From Promethearchaeota archaeon (GTDB lineage: Archaea > Asgardarchaeota > Lokiarchaeia > Sigyniarchaeales > SOKP01): DNA of 26,302 nucleotides. The stretch lies in assembly GCA_048940645.1 (NCBI GenBank), contig JBHLOI010000042.1:1-26302 (forward strand), read 5' to 3'. Under the pieces are notes generated by a model. It made no database searches. It saw only the letters and a program-made list of their open reading frames with translations, and was not told the DNA's origin. The position numbers and the translations under genes were made by a program. This document shows, in pieces, positions 17,445 through 26,302 of this stretch. Numbering within the stretch: position 1 is the first letter of the stretch; each line of letters opens with the position of its first letter.

Positions 17445-18584
17445 ATGGTCAACTATAGATACAAAGAATTTAAATCCGTTTTAAACAAGTTAAAATATCC
17501 AGATTCATGGTTTTGGGCGCGCTATACATTAAATACATATTCTGGATGTGCTCACGCATGCATTTATTGTGATGCTCGCAGTCAGCGATATTATTTAGAA
17601 GACTTTGAAAATGAAGTTATTATAAAGACTAATTTTGATAAAAAGTTGGATCAGAGATTTAAAAGGGCTAGAACCCTCTTACGTGATATTATTGCTCCAG
17701 GTGGTGTGAATGATGCTTATCAACCAATTGAACAAAAGATTGAACATAGCCGAAAAGTTTTACAAGTCATTGCGAAGCATAGATTCCCTATAAATATTAT
17801 GACTAAATCAAATTTAGTTGGTAGAGATATTGATATTTTAAAAGAAATAGCCAAAGAGACTTGGAGTGCAGTAGGGTTCTCTATTTCTACAGTAAATGAA
17901 GAGTTAGCCAATTTCTTAGAACCACATTCATCAAACCCATCTGAGCGTTTAAAAACATTGCATACTATCAAACTAAAAGCTCCAGAAATTCAAGTAGGCA
18001 TATATTATATGCCCATTATTCCTTTTTTAGAGGATGACACCACAAGTCTAGAAGATGTTATTAGGCAGTCAAAAAAGGCTGGAGCAGAATTTGTATTATT
18101 CGCTCCAGGATTAACCTTGAGGGATGCTCAGGCTCAATTCTTTATCAAGAAATTAAAGAATAGTAAATATAATTATATTCTCAAACCACTTTTGGAGCTA
18201 TATAAAGGGCAAATATATCCTCCTGCAAATTATGTTCGAAAATTAAATCTAAAGTTATATAACTTATGCCAAGAATATAAACTATCTGTTCGTGTTAAGC
18301 GTTGGATTCCAAATGATTATAGAAAGTGGAATTATAAAATATCTGAACTACTACTAAATAAAGAGTATATTGACGCTATAACTTTAGGAAAATCAAATAA
18401 TAATATGAAATGGGCGGGACTAAACCTCAATAATCTTGATACGTCAATCATTGATGTCTATAAAAAAGATGAGTTATCTAATTTAAAAAATTTTTCAAAG
18501 GAAATCATTGAATTTGTAAAACCCTATTTAGAAAAGCTTAAATTGGCGCACGAAAAAACCACTTTAGAAAGATTTATTAATTAA
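17445..18584 (+). CDS. Radical SAM protein, SplB/Rv2578c-like DNA-repair photolyase family
   Basis: LNTYSGCAHACIYCDAR (CxxxCxxC), DAYQPIE, IMTKS.LV.RD.D.L, LEPHSSNPSERL, PIIPFLED. Confidence 0.85.
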   Translation: MVNYRYKEFKSVLNKLKYPDSWFWARYTLNTYSGCAHACIYCDARSQRYYLEDFENEVIIKTNFDKKLDQRFKRARTLLRDIIAPGGVNDAYQPIEQKIEHSRKVLQVIAKHRFPINIMTKSNLVGRDIDILKEIAKETWSAVGFSISTVNEELANFLEPHSSNPSERLKTLHTIKLKAPEIQVGIYYMPIIPFLEDDTTSLEDVIRQSKKAGAEFVLFAPGLTLRDAQAQFFIKKLKNSKYNYILKPLLELYKGQIYPPANYVRKLNLKLYNLCQEYKLSVRVKRWIPNDYRKWNYKISELLLNKEYIDAITLGKSNNNMKWAGLNLNNLDTSIIDVYKKDELSNLKNFSKEIIEFVKPYLEKLKLAHEKTTLERFIN

Positions 18585-18639
18585 TCCGATTTAATATTTC
18601 ATTTATTATTTTATTAAAATAAGAGATTATGAAATTTCG

Positions 18640-19383
18640 ATGATACAAAAAGCCGTTAAAGAAATAAGAAAGTTATTATTACAGAATAAATCTAATTTAA
18701 CAGAAGAACAAATGAATCGAATGTATAAAATAATAAACCCTGATAATGATAATTACGAAATATATGGCACCAGAGTTGCTAAAATTGATAAAATTGTTAA
18801 AGCAGTTTCAGATAAATTTAACTGCAATTACAGTGATGCCACTGAGATTTATAAAGAATTAATAAGATCTAACATCGAGGAAGAAAAATTTGCTGGATTC
18901 CTTTTTCTGAATCGATTTAAAAAATTTTTTACTCAAAATACAATTAAACTTTTTCATGATGAATTATTAGATAATTGCCATACATGGAGCGTTTTAGATA
19001 GTTCTTGTATAAGAGTTTTAGGTCCGTTTTTAGCTAAAAAAGGAAATGAAGAATTAGCTAAGCGAACCATTAATGAATGGGCTAATTCTAAAAATATATG
19101 GATAAAAAGGGGTTCTATGGTTCTTTTACTTAAAATTGTCATGGTAAAAAAAAAATTTGACAAGGAATTTGTATTCAATCTTGCCGAAAAAATGGTAGAA
19201 TTTTCTAATGAAAACTATATTGAGAAGGGTATTGGTTGGCTTCTTAAAACATGCTCAAAATATGAACCTGAATTAATCTATGAATATCTCATGAAAAATA
19301 AGTACAAATTTACTCGTTTAATCCTTAGATATGCTAGCGAAAAACTTCTGAAAGAAAAGCGGGCAGCAATATTAAAAAAATAG
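18640..19383 (+). CDS. DNA alkylation repair protein (AlkD-like HEAT-repeat glycosylase family)
   Basis: YG.RV, EEK, TWSVLD, WANSKNIWIKR, YIEKGIGWLLK, RYASEKL. Confidence 0.85.
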   Translation: MIQKAVKEIRKLLLQNKSNLTEEQMNRMYKIINPDNDNYEIYGTRVAKIDKIVKAVSDKFNCNYSDATEIYKELIRSNIEEEKFAGFLFLNRFKKFFTQNTIKLFHDELLDNCHTWSVLDSSCIRVLGPFLAKKGNEELAKRTINEWANSKNIWIKRGSMVLLLKIVMVKKKFDKEFVFNLAEKMVEFSNENYIEKGIGWLLKTCSKYEPELIYEYLMKNKYKFTRLILRYASEKLLKEKRAAILKK

Positions 19384-19472
19384 ATGTTCTAAAAAACTTT
19401 ATATGATATTTTGTACTTTTTAAATTACGAATTTTGGTATTTCAATTTATGATAACCAAAATTTTAAAAGAA

Positions 19473-19610
19473 GCCAAGGTGGCGTAGCCCGGAATCATGG
19501 GAGTTTTACCCTCCATTTTGGGTAGGAACGCACCAGACTGAAGATCTGGGTATCGCGAGAATTTTATCGCAATTTGCGATGAATCGCGAATTCAAATCTC
19601 GCCCTTGGCA
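19473..19610 (+). tRNA. tRNA-Phe(GAA) with two non-canonical introns (19493-19525 in the D-loop, ~19/20; 19560-19590 in the T arm, 53/54); mature 74 nt
   Basis: Acceptor GCCAAGG/CCTTGGC, D stem GCGT/ACGC, anticodon arm CCAGA-CT GAA GA-TCTGG, T arm GCGAG|TTCAAAT-CTCGC. Central helices GCCC/GGGT and CGCG/CGCG are each followed by 3-nt bulges. Confidence 0.92.
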
Positions 19611-19628
19611 CTCATTACTTCTTAAAAG

Positions 19629-20960
19629 TTAACTTAAATAATTTCTTAAATCGTTTACTAATCTATTACCATAAATATTCAATTCTTTCATTTTCTCACG
19701 CGTAAGTCCCGTATAATTTAGATTATAAGTTAGAGCCTCTTCAATTTTTTTGATAATTGCTTTTTTACTTACATCATATTCTTGTATTACACATAAATTT
19801 TTTAATATATCTCTGTATACATCAGAATAATGAACTTTCTTATCTGGATAGAGTTTAAAAATTTCATCATCTATCTTTTTCCTTTTATGAGGGTCACTTA
19901 TACTAATTAGCACCAAACCTAACATCTGTGCTCGGTATTTCCATTTCCTAGGTTGAATTTTATATAAAAATCTACATACATCCTTTTTAGTTTCTATTTC
20001 AATTTCATAAGTGTTTTTTCCTTGAACTGGATAAATTTTGCTAGTTTTTACATCATTAAGTTTGCACATCTCTTTAAAATCCTTCACAAGTGGTAAAGAT
20101 GCATTTTTAAATTTAACACGAATTCGACCAGTAGATTTATGAACATGTATAGAGCCATCAGTGTCAACTAATCCTCTTAAACCATCTTTTTGAAATTTTT
20201 TATTATCTTTAATCCATTTAGGCACACATACTTGGTTTACCTTTTTATCCCCTGACTTTAGTCCTTTATCAATTAACTTTTTAACAGTTGTTTTATTTGA
20301 AATTGTTAATTTAACGGCATTTGCCTTCTTTGGCTTGTAAATACTAGGCGTTTTATTAAATAATTTTTGCATTAAACTCTTAACATGTTTAGTATATTGA
20401 ATTTCTTCAGTTTCATTTAATGTAACTCTAAAACGGCTTTCATTTTTAGGGATACTTCCATCTCCAAGACCTAAGCATACCATTTCAGCTAATTCACTGC
20501 TATTTCTTAACTTTACAAAATTTATTGGTTTGTCTTTTCCATAACTTTTTTCTTCTATTTTCTCACTGTCAGGTTTGAGTTCCAGTATTATTTTGTTTCT
20601 GGTTTTGTAATTGGTCTGGAGTTTAGGTTGTCTAATTTTATTTTTAGGTGTGTAGTCAGGCTCAAGTGTATGCCGTTCGATTTTATTAATGGATTTGTAA
20701 TCTGGTTTGACCTTAGGGAGTTCAATTTTGTTTCTAGTTTTGTAATTAATCTGATGTTTAGGTGGTCTAATTTTATTTTTGGGTATGTAATCTGGCTCAA
20801 GTACGTGCTGTTCGATTTTATTGATGGGTTTGGATTCAGGTTTTGTCTTAGGAGGTTCAATTTTGTTAGTGAGAATATTGACCTTTCTAAATTTAGAATT
20901 TTGGATATTTTCTTTCACATCTTTTTTGGAGTTTTGAGAGTTAAATTTCTTTTTAATCAT
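19629..20960 (-). CDS. Free-standing two-motif LAGLIDADG (DOD) endonuclease-like protein with N-terminal 15-aa repeats
   Basis: LAEMVCLGLGDGSI and GLRGLVDTDGSI motifs, with VPKWI before the second motif; no intein splicing termini visible. Confidence 0.8.
   Translation of the reverse strand: MIKKKFNSQNSKKDVKENIQNSKFRKVNILTNKIEPPKTKPESKPINKIEQHVLEPDYIPKNKIRPPKHQINYKTRNKIELPKVKPDYKSINKIERHTLEPDYTPKNKIRQPKLQTNYKTRNKIILELKPDSEKIEEKSYGKDKPINFVKLRNSSELAEMVCLGLGDGSIPKNESRFRVTLNETEEIQYTKHVKSLMQKLFNKTPSIYKPKKANAVKLTISNKTTVKKLIDKGLKSGDKKVNQVCVPKWIKDNKKFQKDGLRGLVDTDGSIHVHKSTGRIRVKFKNASLPLVKDFKEMCKLNDVKTSKIYPVQGKNTYEIEIETKKDVCRFLYKIQPRKWKYRAQMLGLVLISISDPHKRKKIDDEIFKLYPDKKVHYSDVYRDILKNLCVIQEYDVSKKAIIKKIEEALTYNLNYTGLTREKMKELNIYGNRLVNDLRNYLS
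20570..20867 (-). repeat. In-frame 45-nt (15-aa, NKI-initiated) tandem repeat, six copies plus a partial, arranged as 2 x 135 nt
   Basis: NKIEPPKTKPESKPI / NKIEQHVLEPDYIPK / NKIRPPKHQINYKTR / NKIELPKVKPDYKSI / NKIERHTLEPDYTPK / NKIRQPKLQTNYKTR / NKIILELKPD. Confidence 0.85.
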
Positions 20961-21096
20961 TGTATATAATTTTCATATTATGCTTGTTCTTAAAAAGGAA
21001 AAGATGCCAGAAATTTATAAAGAAAAAATGCGGTTCTTTTGACACTTGAGATATATTGGTATTTCAATAATAAATTTTAAGAAAAAAATAATTAGT

Positions 21097-21726
21097 TTAA
21101 AAATTGATTGTTGAATTTTCACGCCTGTGATCATTCTGGATATACTCTTGAAAATCTTTATTATTCTCGTCTATAAAATCCCAAAACTCATCGTAAATAT
21201 CTTCAAGATTCATTTTTGATTTCTTACCAATATGTTTTTTAGTATTTTTTTTTAATAATGTACTTTTTATATCTACTGAATTTGCTTTATCTTCGATTAA
21301 CTTCTTTAGGCCATTATCCTTATACTTTCTTTCGATTATAATTTGATTTTCTTTTGGTTTATATGCAAGGTAATTTTCTTCAATGATTATATACTCAGAA
21401 AATTCTTTATCTTTACCATTACCGTCTTTCTGGTTTAATTTTTTGGATTTAATTAACTCAGAAGCATATTCAAAATCTACTTTTTGATATCCGCGTACCA
21501 TGAAATTTTTATCTACAAACGCTTGAAAATGATGTTCACATACTAAACCTTTTGGAATAGATATAGTTGTAAGCTGTTTCGTATAATTGATAACTGATTT
21601 AGGAAGTTTTAACTTTTTTTTTAATTTGCATACAGGACATTTAATCATAATTTGTATAAATTCAGTTGAGTCACTCTTTTGTGCTTGAATATTCTCTTCA
21701 ATAACTTCCACTTTACATCTCCTCAA
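21097..21726 (-). CDS. Hypothetical protein with an N-terminal CPxC...CxH putative Zn-binding domain (Lokiarchaeia-type family); start uncertain
   Basis: CPVCKLKK...TTISIPKGLVCEHHFQAFVDKNFMVRGYQKVDF; C-terminal LEDIYDEFWDFIDENN. Confidence 0.65.
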   Translation of the reverse strand: MRRCKVEVIEENIQAQKSDSTEFIQIMIKCPVCKLKKKLKLPKSVINYTKQLTTISIPKGLVCEHHFQAFVDKNFMVRGYQKVDFEYASELIKSKKLNQKDGNGKDKEFSEYIIIEENYLAYKPKENQIIIERKYKDNGLKKLIEDKANSVDIKSTLLKKNTKKHIGKKSKMNLEDIYDEFWDFIDENNKDFQEYIQNDHRRENSTINF

Positions 21727-21818
21727 TAAATATTTTAGATTGAGAAATAAAAACTCCTTTAATAAATAGAAAAATTTGAATGTTGCGAAATAAGACCAAA
21801 ATCCAAAATTTTATTTAA

Positions 21819-22364
21819 TCAGAAAGAAATAATATCTTCTAATTTTTTATTTAAATTCTTTTTAGTTAATTCAAAATAAAATTCTAATTTTGGTATTAAT
21901 TCTGATTCAATTGTAAGTTTATGCTTTCCTTCTGAAAATTTTTTAATTGCATCTTTATCTAGTTTTATATGTATATTTATACTATCTCCTAACGCAATCA
22001 ATCTTCCTGCTAATTTCCCACTTATGAAATCATCTATTCTGAATTTTTCACCTTTATGATATATTAAAAAGCGTTCTTTTAATTTTTCAATTTCAAAATC
22101 TTTTTTCGAAATATGGATAGGATTATCATCGAGATAAAGCTTTCCGTATTCAGATAAATCAAAATTATAGAGATCAAAATTTTCAGAATTAAATCCTCCG
22201 ATCTCAATTTTTTCCGGGATTTCAATTGGCATAAAAACATTTAATGCTCTTATAACAATAGAATCCACGATCCCATCACCACTAGAATCAACTATATATA
22301 CGCTTTCTTTAGGTGGAAAAATTTTTTTGATTAGTACTTTCAGAGCAGAAATATCATAAGACAT
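21819..22364 (-). CDS. Hypothetical protein
   Basis: 181-aa ORF with ATG start, co-oriented with its neighbours; contains DSSGDGIVDS; no recognised family. Confidence 0.6.
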   Translation of the reverse strand: MSYDISALKVLIKKIFPPKESVYIVDSSGDGIVDSIVIRALNVFMPIEIPEKIEIGGFNSENFDLYNFDLSEYGKLYLDDNPIHISKKDFEIEKLKERFLIYHKGEKFRIDDFISGKLAGRLIALGDSINIHIKLDKDAIKKFSEGKHKLTIESELIPKLEFYFELTKKNLNKKLEDIISF

Positions 22365-22451
22365 TAAAATTCAGACTATTAAAATATTAACTTCTTGTTT
22401 TTTAATAATTATTGTTTCAATAAAAAGTTTAAATTTAGATCAAGATTTAGA

Positions 22452-23501
22452 TTAAGGATTAACGATTATTTTAACACATTTTCGCTCTTTCATTAGATGA
22501 AAACCTGTTGTAATCAATTGTTCCAGCGGTATTGTTTTGGTTATTAATTTTTCAATTTCAAGAACTTTATTATTAATTAACTCAATAGCATCTAAAAAAT
22601 CCTCAGCATTTCCGATATATGAGCCCAAAATTTTTCTTTGATATCTTACAATATCGTTAGGTTTTATTTTAGCTTCAGCACGATAATCTTGTCCAAAACA
22701 TACTAATCTAGCGCCTGGGGCCCACATATTTAAACCCATTTCGAAAGTTTCAGAAAATCCAACTGCGTCGATAATAACATCAGCTCCATTTTTATTAGTG
22801 ATTCTCATAATTTCATTTTGGACATTTTGAGATTGAGGATTTATTACAAAATCGGCACCTAGATCCATAGCTTTTTCTCTACGCCAGTCATTTAATTCAA
22901 TGCAAATTAAATTCTTTATTGGATGTTTTCTAATTACAGATTCTATAATCAAACCCATAGGTCCAGACCCAATTATTACTACATTATCAGATTCTCTAAC
23001 CTCAGCTATATTATGACAGTGCACAGCGCAAGCTAATGGTTCTATTAAAGCAGCAGCATTCATGTCAATATTATCAGGAAGTTTAAAAGCTGCAGTCCTA
23101 GGTATAACACAATATTTTGCAAATCCACCATTCTGAAAAATACCAAAGGTCGTACCTAAAGCCATATAATCGCATAAATTTGAAAAACCTCTTCTACAAT
23201 TAATGCAATAACCACATCTTTCATTCGGATCAATTACCACATTATCACCAACTTCTAAATCTTTTACCTCTTTACCTCTTTCTCTGATTACACCCACAAA
23301 TTCATGTCCCATAATAATATTATCATTAGCAGGATGTCCACCTTCAATAATCTTTAAATCAGTACCACAGATACCACATGCTTTTATTTCAATAAGGATC
23401 TGATCACTTTTCGTAATTATTGGTACATTTATTTCTTCTAACTTGACTTCACCACCGCCATCCTTTTTTTCATGAAATATAGCTGCTAGCATCTTTTCCA
23501 T
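22452..23501 (-). CDS. Zn-dependent medium-chain dehydrogenase (sorbitol/threonine-dehydrogenase-like)
   Basis: CGICGTD, GHE, structural Zn site CGYCINC...NLC, IEPLAC, GSGPMG; GGGGTGA SD. Confidence 0.92.
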   Translation of the reverse strand: MEKMLAAIFHEKKDGGGEVKLEEINVPIITKSDQILIEIKACGICGTDLKIIEGGHPANDNIIMGHEFVGVIRERGKEVKDLEVGDNVVIDPNERCGYCINCRRGFSNLCDYMALGTTFGIFQNGGFAKYCVIPRTAAFKLPDNIDMNAAALIEPLACAVHCHNIAEVRESDNVVIIGSGPMGLIIESVIRKHPIKNLICIELNDWRREKAMDLGADFVINPQSQNVQNEIMRITNKNGADVIIDAVGFSETFEMGLNMWAPGARLVCFGQDYRAEAKIKPNDIVRYQRKILGSYIGNAEDFLDAIELINNKVLEIEKLITKTIPLEQLITTGFHLMKERKCVKIIVNP

Positions 23502-23664
23502 TTAATCACCCCTCTATTAATTTTAGTGTAATTGCCGAATATTTAATTTTAGAAAGTTTTTTAAAGTGGTTTAACAAATAGTAAATCACATTTGTTTTTA
23601 ATTTTTAAAACTAAAAAAACAATCTGTTTTAATAGATAAAAATTTTAAAAAAAAAGTTGATTAT

Positions 23665-25071
23665 ATGAATGAGGAAAAAACTCGAAAAATGTCTTTAGGT
23701 ACGAGACTTGCGTTTGCATGCGGTGAAGTTGGAGATAATATGGCATTAAACACTTTTTCTTTTCTAATTTTTACTTTTTATTTTGCTGTTGTGGGAATAC
23801 CTGCTCCCATAATGACATTTGGTTTTATTTTATGGGCGTTATGGAATGCTATTAATGACCCTTTAATCGGCTATCTTTCTGATAGAACCAAAAGCAGATG
23901 GGGACGTAGGATTCCATGGATGATAGGTGCTACTATACCACTTGGAATTTTAATGATACTACTATTTACACCACCGTCTACTTATAATGTTAATCAATCG
24001 GTTTTCATCTACTTTATAATAATCCTCATCCTTTTTGATATTGTCTATACCTCATTTAACTTGAATTATAACGCTCTTTTTTCTGAAATGTTTGTTGATA
24101 TGCGAGAACGTAGTTCAACTGGTAGGATACGTATCATTTTTGTTTTAGTTGCTACTGCCTTTGCTTTAGCATTCCCCACCTTTATCATCGATGATATCAC
24201 GAATCTTGCGAATTTATTTCCGAATATTGAAACCTTAAATCAATATCTAATTGTTGGAGTTGTCGCAGCAATTATCATACTGGTTTTTTACTTTCTAATA
24301 TTGAAATGGGGTGTCAAGGACCCCAAACATATTTCAAAAGATGCAGAAGCTGCCATGCCCTTCATAAAAACACTAAAATTTACACTAAAGCACAAATCCT
24401 TTCAATGGTTTTTACTTCCTGCTCTAGGTACCTGGTTAGTAATTAATATTCTACCAACATTAGCACCACTATTTTTTACTCATGCAGTGGGTATTTTAGA
24501 TACTGAATTAATTGGGATACTTTTATTGGTTAATCTTCTTGTTGCTGCTTTATCTACGCCATTATGGGAACTTATTAGAGTAAAAAAAGGAGCGAGAATG
24601 AGTGGGCTAATAGGAACTGCTGTATGGATAGTAACAGTATTATTTTTTGCTTTTTCAAATACTTTTCCAGTGGCATTAACTTTTATGATATTTATGGGAT
24701 TCGGTTTAGGGGGAGGGTTATATTTTTATGATCAGTGTATTGCAGAAATAATCGATGAGGATGAAATCACATATGGAGTGCGACGATCTGGTATTTACTA
24801 TGCTGTTCTTAACTTCCTTATTAGGTTATCAATGATTCTCAATTTCGTTATTATAGGATTGGTATTTACATCAACTGATTGGTATAACTATACCCCAAAT
24901 CCAGGAGTTGATGTTATTGTGGGTTTGAGAATACTTATGGGCATATATCCTGCAATAGTTTTAGTACTTTCCTTTATTGGTTTATACTTTTATCCAATTA
25001 AAGGGAAAAGATTGGCTGAAAATCGAAAAAAGCTAACTGAGTTGCATAAAAAGAAGCTAGGCTCCATATAA
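23665..25071 (+). CDS. MFS glycoside-pentoside-hexuronide (MelB-like) cation symporter
   Basis: WNAINDPLIGYLSDRTKSRWGRRIPW, about 12 TM segments, EIIDEDE...RRSGIYY, YPI near the C-terminus. Confidence 0.9.
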   Translation: MNEEKTRKMSLGTRLAFACGEVGDNMALNTFSFLIFTFYFAVVGIPAPIMTFGFILWALWNAINDPLIGYLSDRTKSRWGRRIPWMIGATIPLGILMILLFTPPSTYNVNQSVFIYFIIILILFDIVYTSFNLNYNALFSEMFVDMRERSSTGRIRIIFVLVATAFALAFPTFIIDDITNLANLFPNIETLNQYLIVGVVAAIIILVFYFLILKWGVKDPKHISKDAEAAMPFIKTLKFTLKHKSFQWFLLPALGTWLVINILPTLAPLFFTHAVGILDTELIGILLLVNLLVAALSTPLWELIRVKKGARMSGLIGTAVWIVTVLFFAFSNTFPVALTFMIFMGFGLGGGLYFYDQCIAEIIDEDEITYGVRRSGIYYAVLNFLIRLSMILNFVIIGLVFTSTDWYNYTPNPGVDVIVGLRILMGIYPAIVLVLSFIGLYFYPIKGKRLAENRKKLTELHKKKLGSI

Positions 25072-25344
25072 GAATTAAATTATAATTCTTTTTTTATATA
25101 TTTTCATTTTAAAGATATTTAATGATATTTACAAACATGGAAGTCTAGTATAACCCGTAGCTTTCGCATAAAAAAAAGATATATATAAATTAAAATTTGT
25201 AAACTTTAAAAATAGTGTTCTAAAATTAATAATTCCTGAAAACATGACTGATATATTAGGAAAACATCTGATAGAAATTAAATTAATAGCAAAATAAAAT
25301 ATAAATTCAACTTTCCTCGTTTTCCTATTATTTTAAATATATAT

Positions 25345-25387
25345 TTGACAATCATAAAATTTAAATATGTATGGTGATTATTGTCAA
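25345..25387. promoter_or_regulatory. Putative hsp20 promoter/operator: TTGACAAT-N27-ATTGTCAA flanking TTTAAATA
   Basis: Perfect 8-bp inverted arms at 25345-25352 and 25380-25387 around a TATA-like box at 25360-25367. Confidence 0.4.
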
Positions 25388-25458
25388 TTAAAGGTTTACA
25401 ATGCCATCGTTACCAAATTTCTAAAATCAAAATTAAATATAGTTATGAGGTGAAATAA

Positions 25459-26013
25459 ATGGTAGATGATAAAAAAATTGAAGTTAAAAAAGGAGAAAAG
25501 GAAGAAAAAGAAGAATCTGAGAAAAAAACTCACGAATTGGCAATAAGAAGAGAAAGTCCATTCTCGTTATTCCAGGAAATGGATAAAATGTTTGATAGCC
25601 TCTGGAGAGATGTTGATGATTGGTTTTGGCCTTTTGGAAGGCGAAGAAGATTTGCACCTGTCAAATGGGAAGAAGCGCCAATCTTTAGAACCCCACTATC
25701 TAATATCACTGAAAATGAAAATGAATTTGCTATATCCGCAGAACTACCTGGTTTGGACAAAGGAGACATTGAAATAACTTTTCGTGATGGTCTTTTAGAA
25801 ATTAAGGGTGAACAAAAGCAGGAACAAAAAGAAGAAAAAGAAGGATATGTTCGTAGGGAATATAGTTCCGCAAGTTATTATAGAGCATTTAATTTGCCAG
25901 AAAATATCGATGATGAAAAAATTGACGCTAACTTAGACAAAGGGATATTAACTGTTAAAGTTCCAAAGAAAGAGCCAAAGAAAAAAGAGAAAAAGAAAAT
26001 TGAGGTTAGATAA
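25459..26013 (+). CDS. hsp20: Small heat shock protein Hsp20/alpha-crystallin
   Basis: AELPGLDKGDIEI...LEIKGE...RRE....YYRAFNLPENID...ANLDKGILTVKVPK, C-terminal IEV motif; SD GAGGTGA. Confidence 0.95.
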   Translation: MVDDKKIEVKKGEKEEKEESEKKTHELAIRRESPFSLFQEMDKMFDSLWRDVDDWFWPFGRRRRFAPVKWEEAPIFRTPLSNITENENEFAISAELPGLDKGDIEITFRDGLLEIKGEQKQEQKEEKEGYVRREYSSASYYRAFNLPENIDDEKIDANLDKGILTVKVPKKEPKKKEKKKIEVR

Positions 26014-26040
26014 TTCTAACCTTAACTAATATTTTTTATT
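26003..26040 (+). terminator. Hairpin plus T-tract at the hsp20 3' end
   Basis: AGGTTAGA-TAAT-TCTAACCT (26003-26022, stop codon in the loop) followed by ATTTTTTATT. Confidence 0.45.
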
Positions 26041-26197
26041 CTTCTTGTATTGAACTTTTTTTATGAAATTAATGATTTTTACCATTTTTTTCTCCAAGAG
26101 AAGGTTTGATTATAGTTTCAATTGAGGTAAATCCATTATACATAACTCTTTAAAAAGATTATTTCTAAAGTAATAAATAAAAAAACTTGAAAAATAA

Positions 26198-26302
26198 TTA
26201 TAACTTAGAGCCACAATAGGCACAAAATGCTGCGTTTTCACTTTCAATTGGAGTACCACAATTTGAACAATAGCGACTTTTTTCTCGAGAAATGGGTTCT
26301 TT
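26198..26302 (-). CDS. 3' end of a gene with a C-terminal double zinc ribbon (5' part outside window)
   Basis: Manual translation ...KEPISREKSRYCSNCGTPIESENAAFCAYCGSKL*. Confidence 0.8.
   Translation of the reverse strand, partial: KEPISREKSRYCSNCGTPIESENAAFCAYCGSKL

Noticed and set aside
20570-20867. CRISPR-like array
   Set aside because: The repeats are degenerate, in-frame coding units without unique spacers, and there are no cas genes.
16948-20960. Integrated provirus or element at tRNA-Gly or tRNA-Phe
   Set aside because: No integrase, viral genes or duplicated tRNA 3' end within the window.
3167-25777. Other short overlapping ORFs (3167-3349, 3352-3606, 5336-5566, 7197-7412, 8001-8198, 10926-11126, 13055-13279, 13377-13667, 14114-14392, 15913-16125, 17720-17971, 18954-19178, 20588-20860, 20628-20969, 25530-25769, 25592-25777)
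   Set aside because: They lie within or antisense to well-supported genes. Those at ~20.6-20.9 kb are by-products of the tandem repeat.
1-26302. Selenoprotein/SECIS recoding
   Set aside because: No in-frame TGA at a conserved Cys position was noticed in the identified genes.

Overview
AT-rich archaeal chromosomal window, most likely Asgard/Lokiarchaeia (inferred from gene content, low GC and a CPxC...CxHxF...VDxNFxVRGYQKVD small-protein family; no database check). It is mostly housekeeping: archaeosine synthase (partial), ahcY, an ArsA/Get3-type ATPase, dnaG, the conserved rps19e-pdcd5-rpl39e-rpl31e-eIF6-rpl18a-pfdA-ftsY-secE cluster (split by an opposite-strand CocE/NonD hydrolase), yhbY-rnp4-nep1, tRNA-Gly(TCC), a radical-SAM/AlkD repair pair, tRNA-Phe(GAA) with two non-canonical introns, a free-standing LAGLIDADG endonuclease with 15-aa repeats, a Zn-dehydrogenase/GPH transporter pair and hsp20. 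Two observations stand out. (1) dnaG is interrupted inside its conserved GAIFGQ|TEGLL motif by a 37-nt, stop-containing, frameshifting insert (7122-7158). Its ends form the same 4-bp-helix/3-nt-bulge geometry as the two tRNA-Phe introns, making it a candidate tRNA-type intron in an mRNA. (2) The regulator divergent from ahcY is a tandem Lrp/AsnC protein with one TATA-binding-protein repeat between the two Lrp units.
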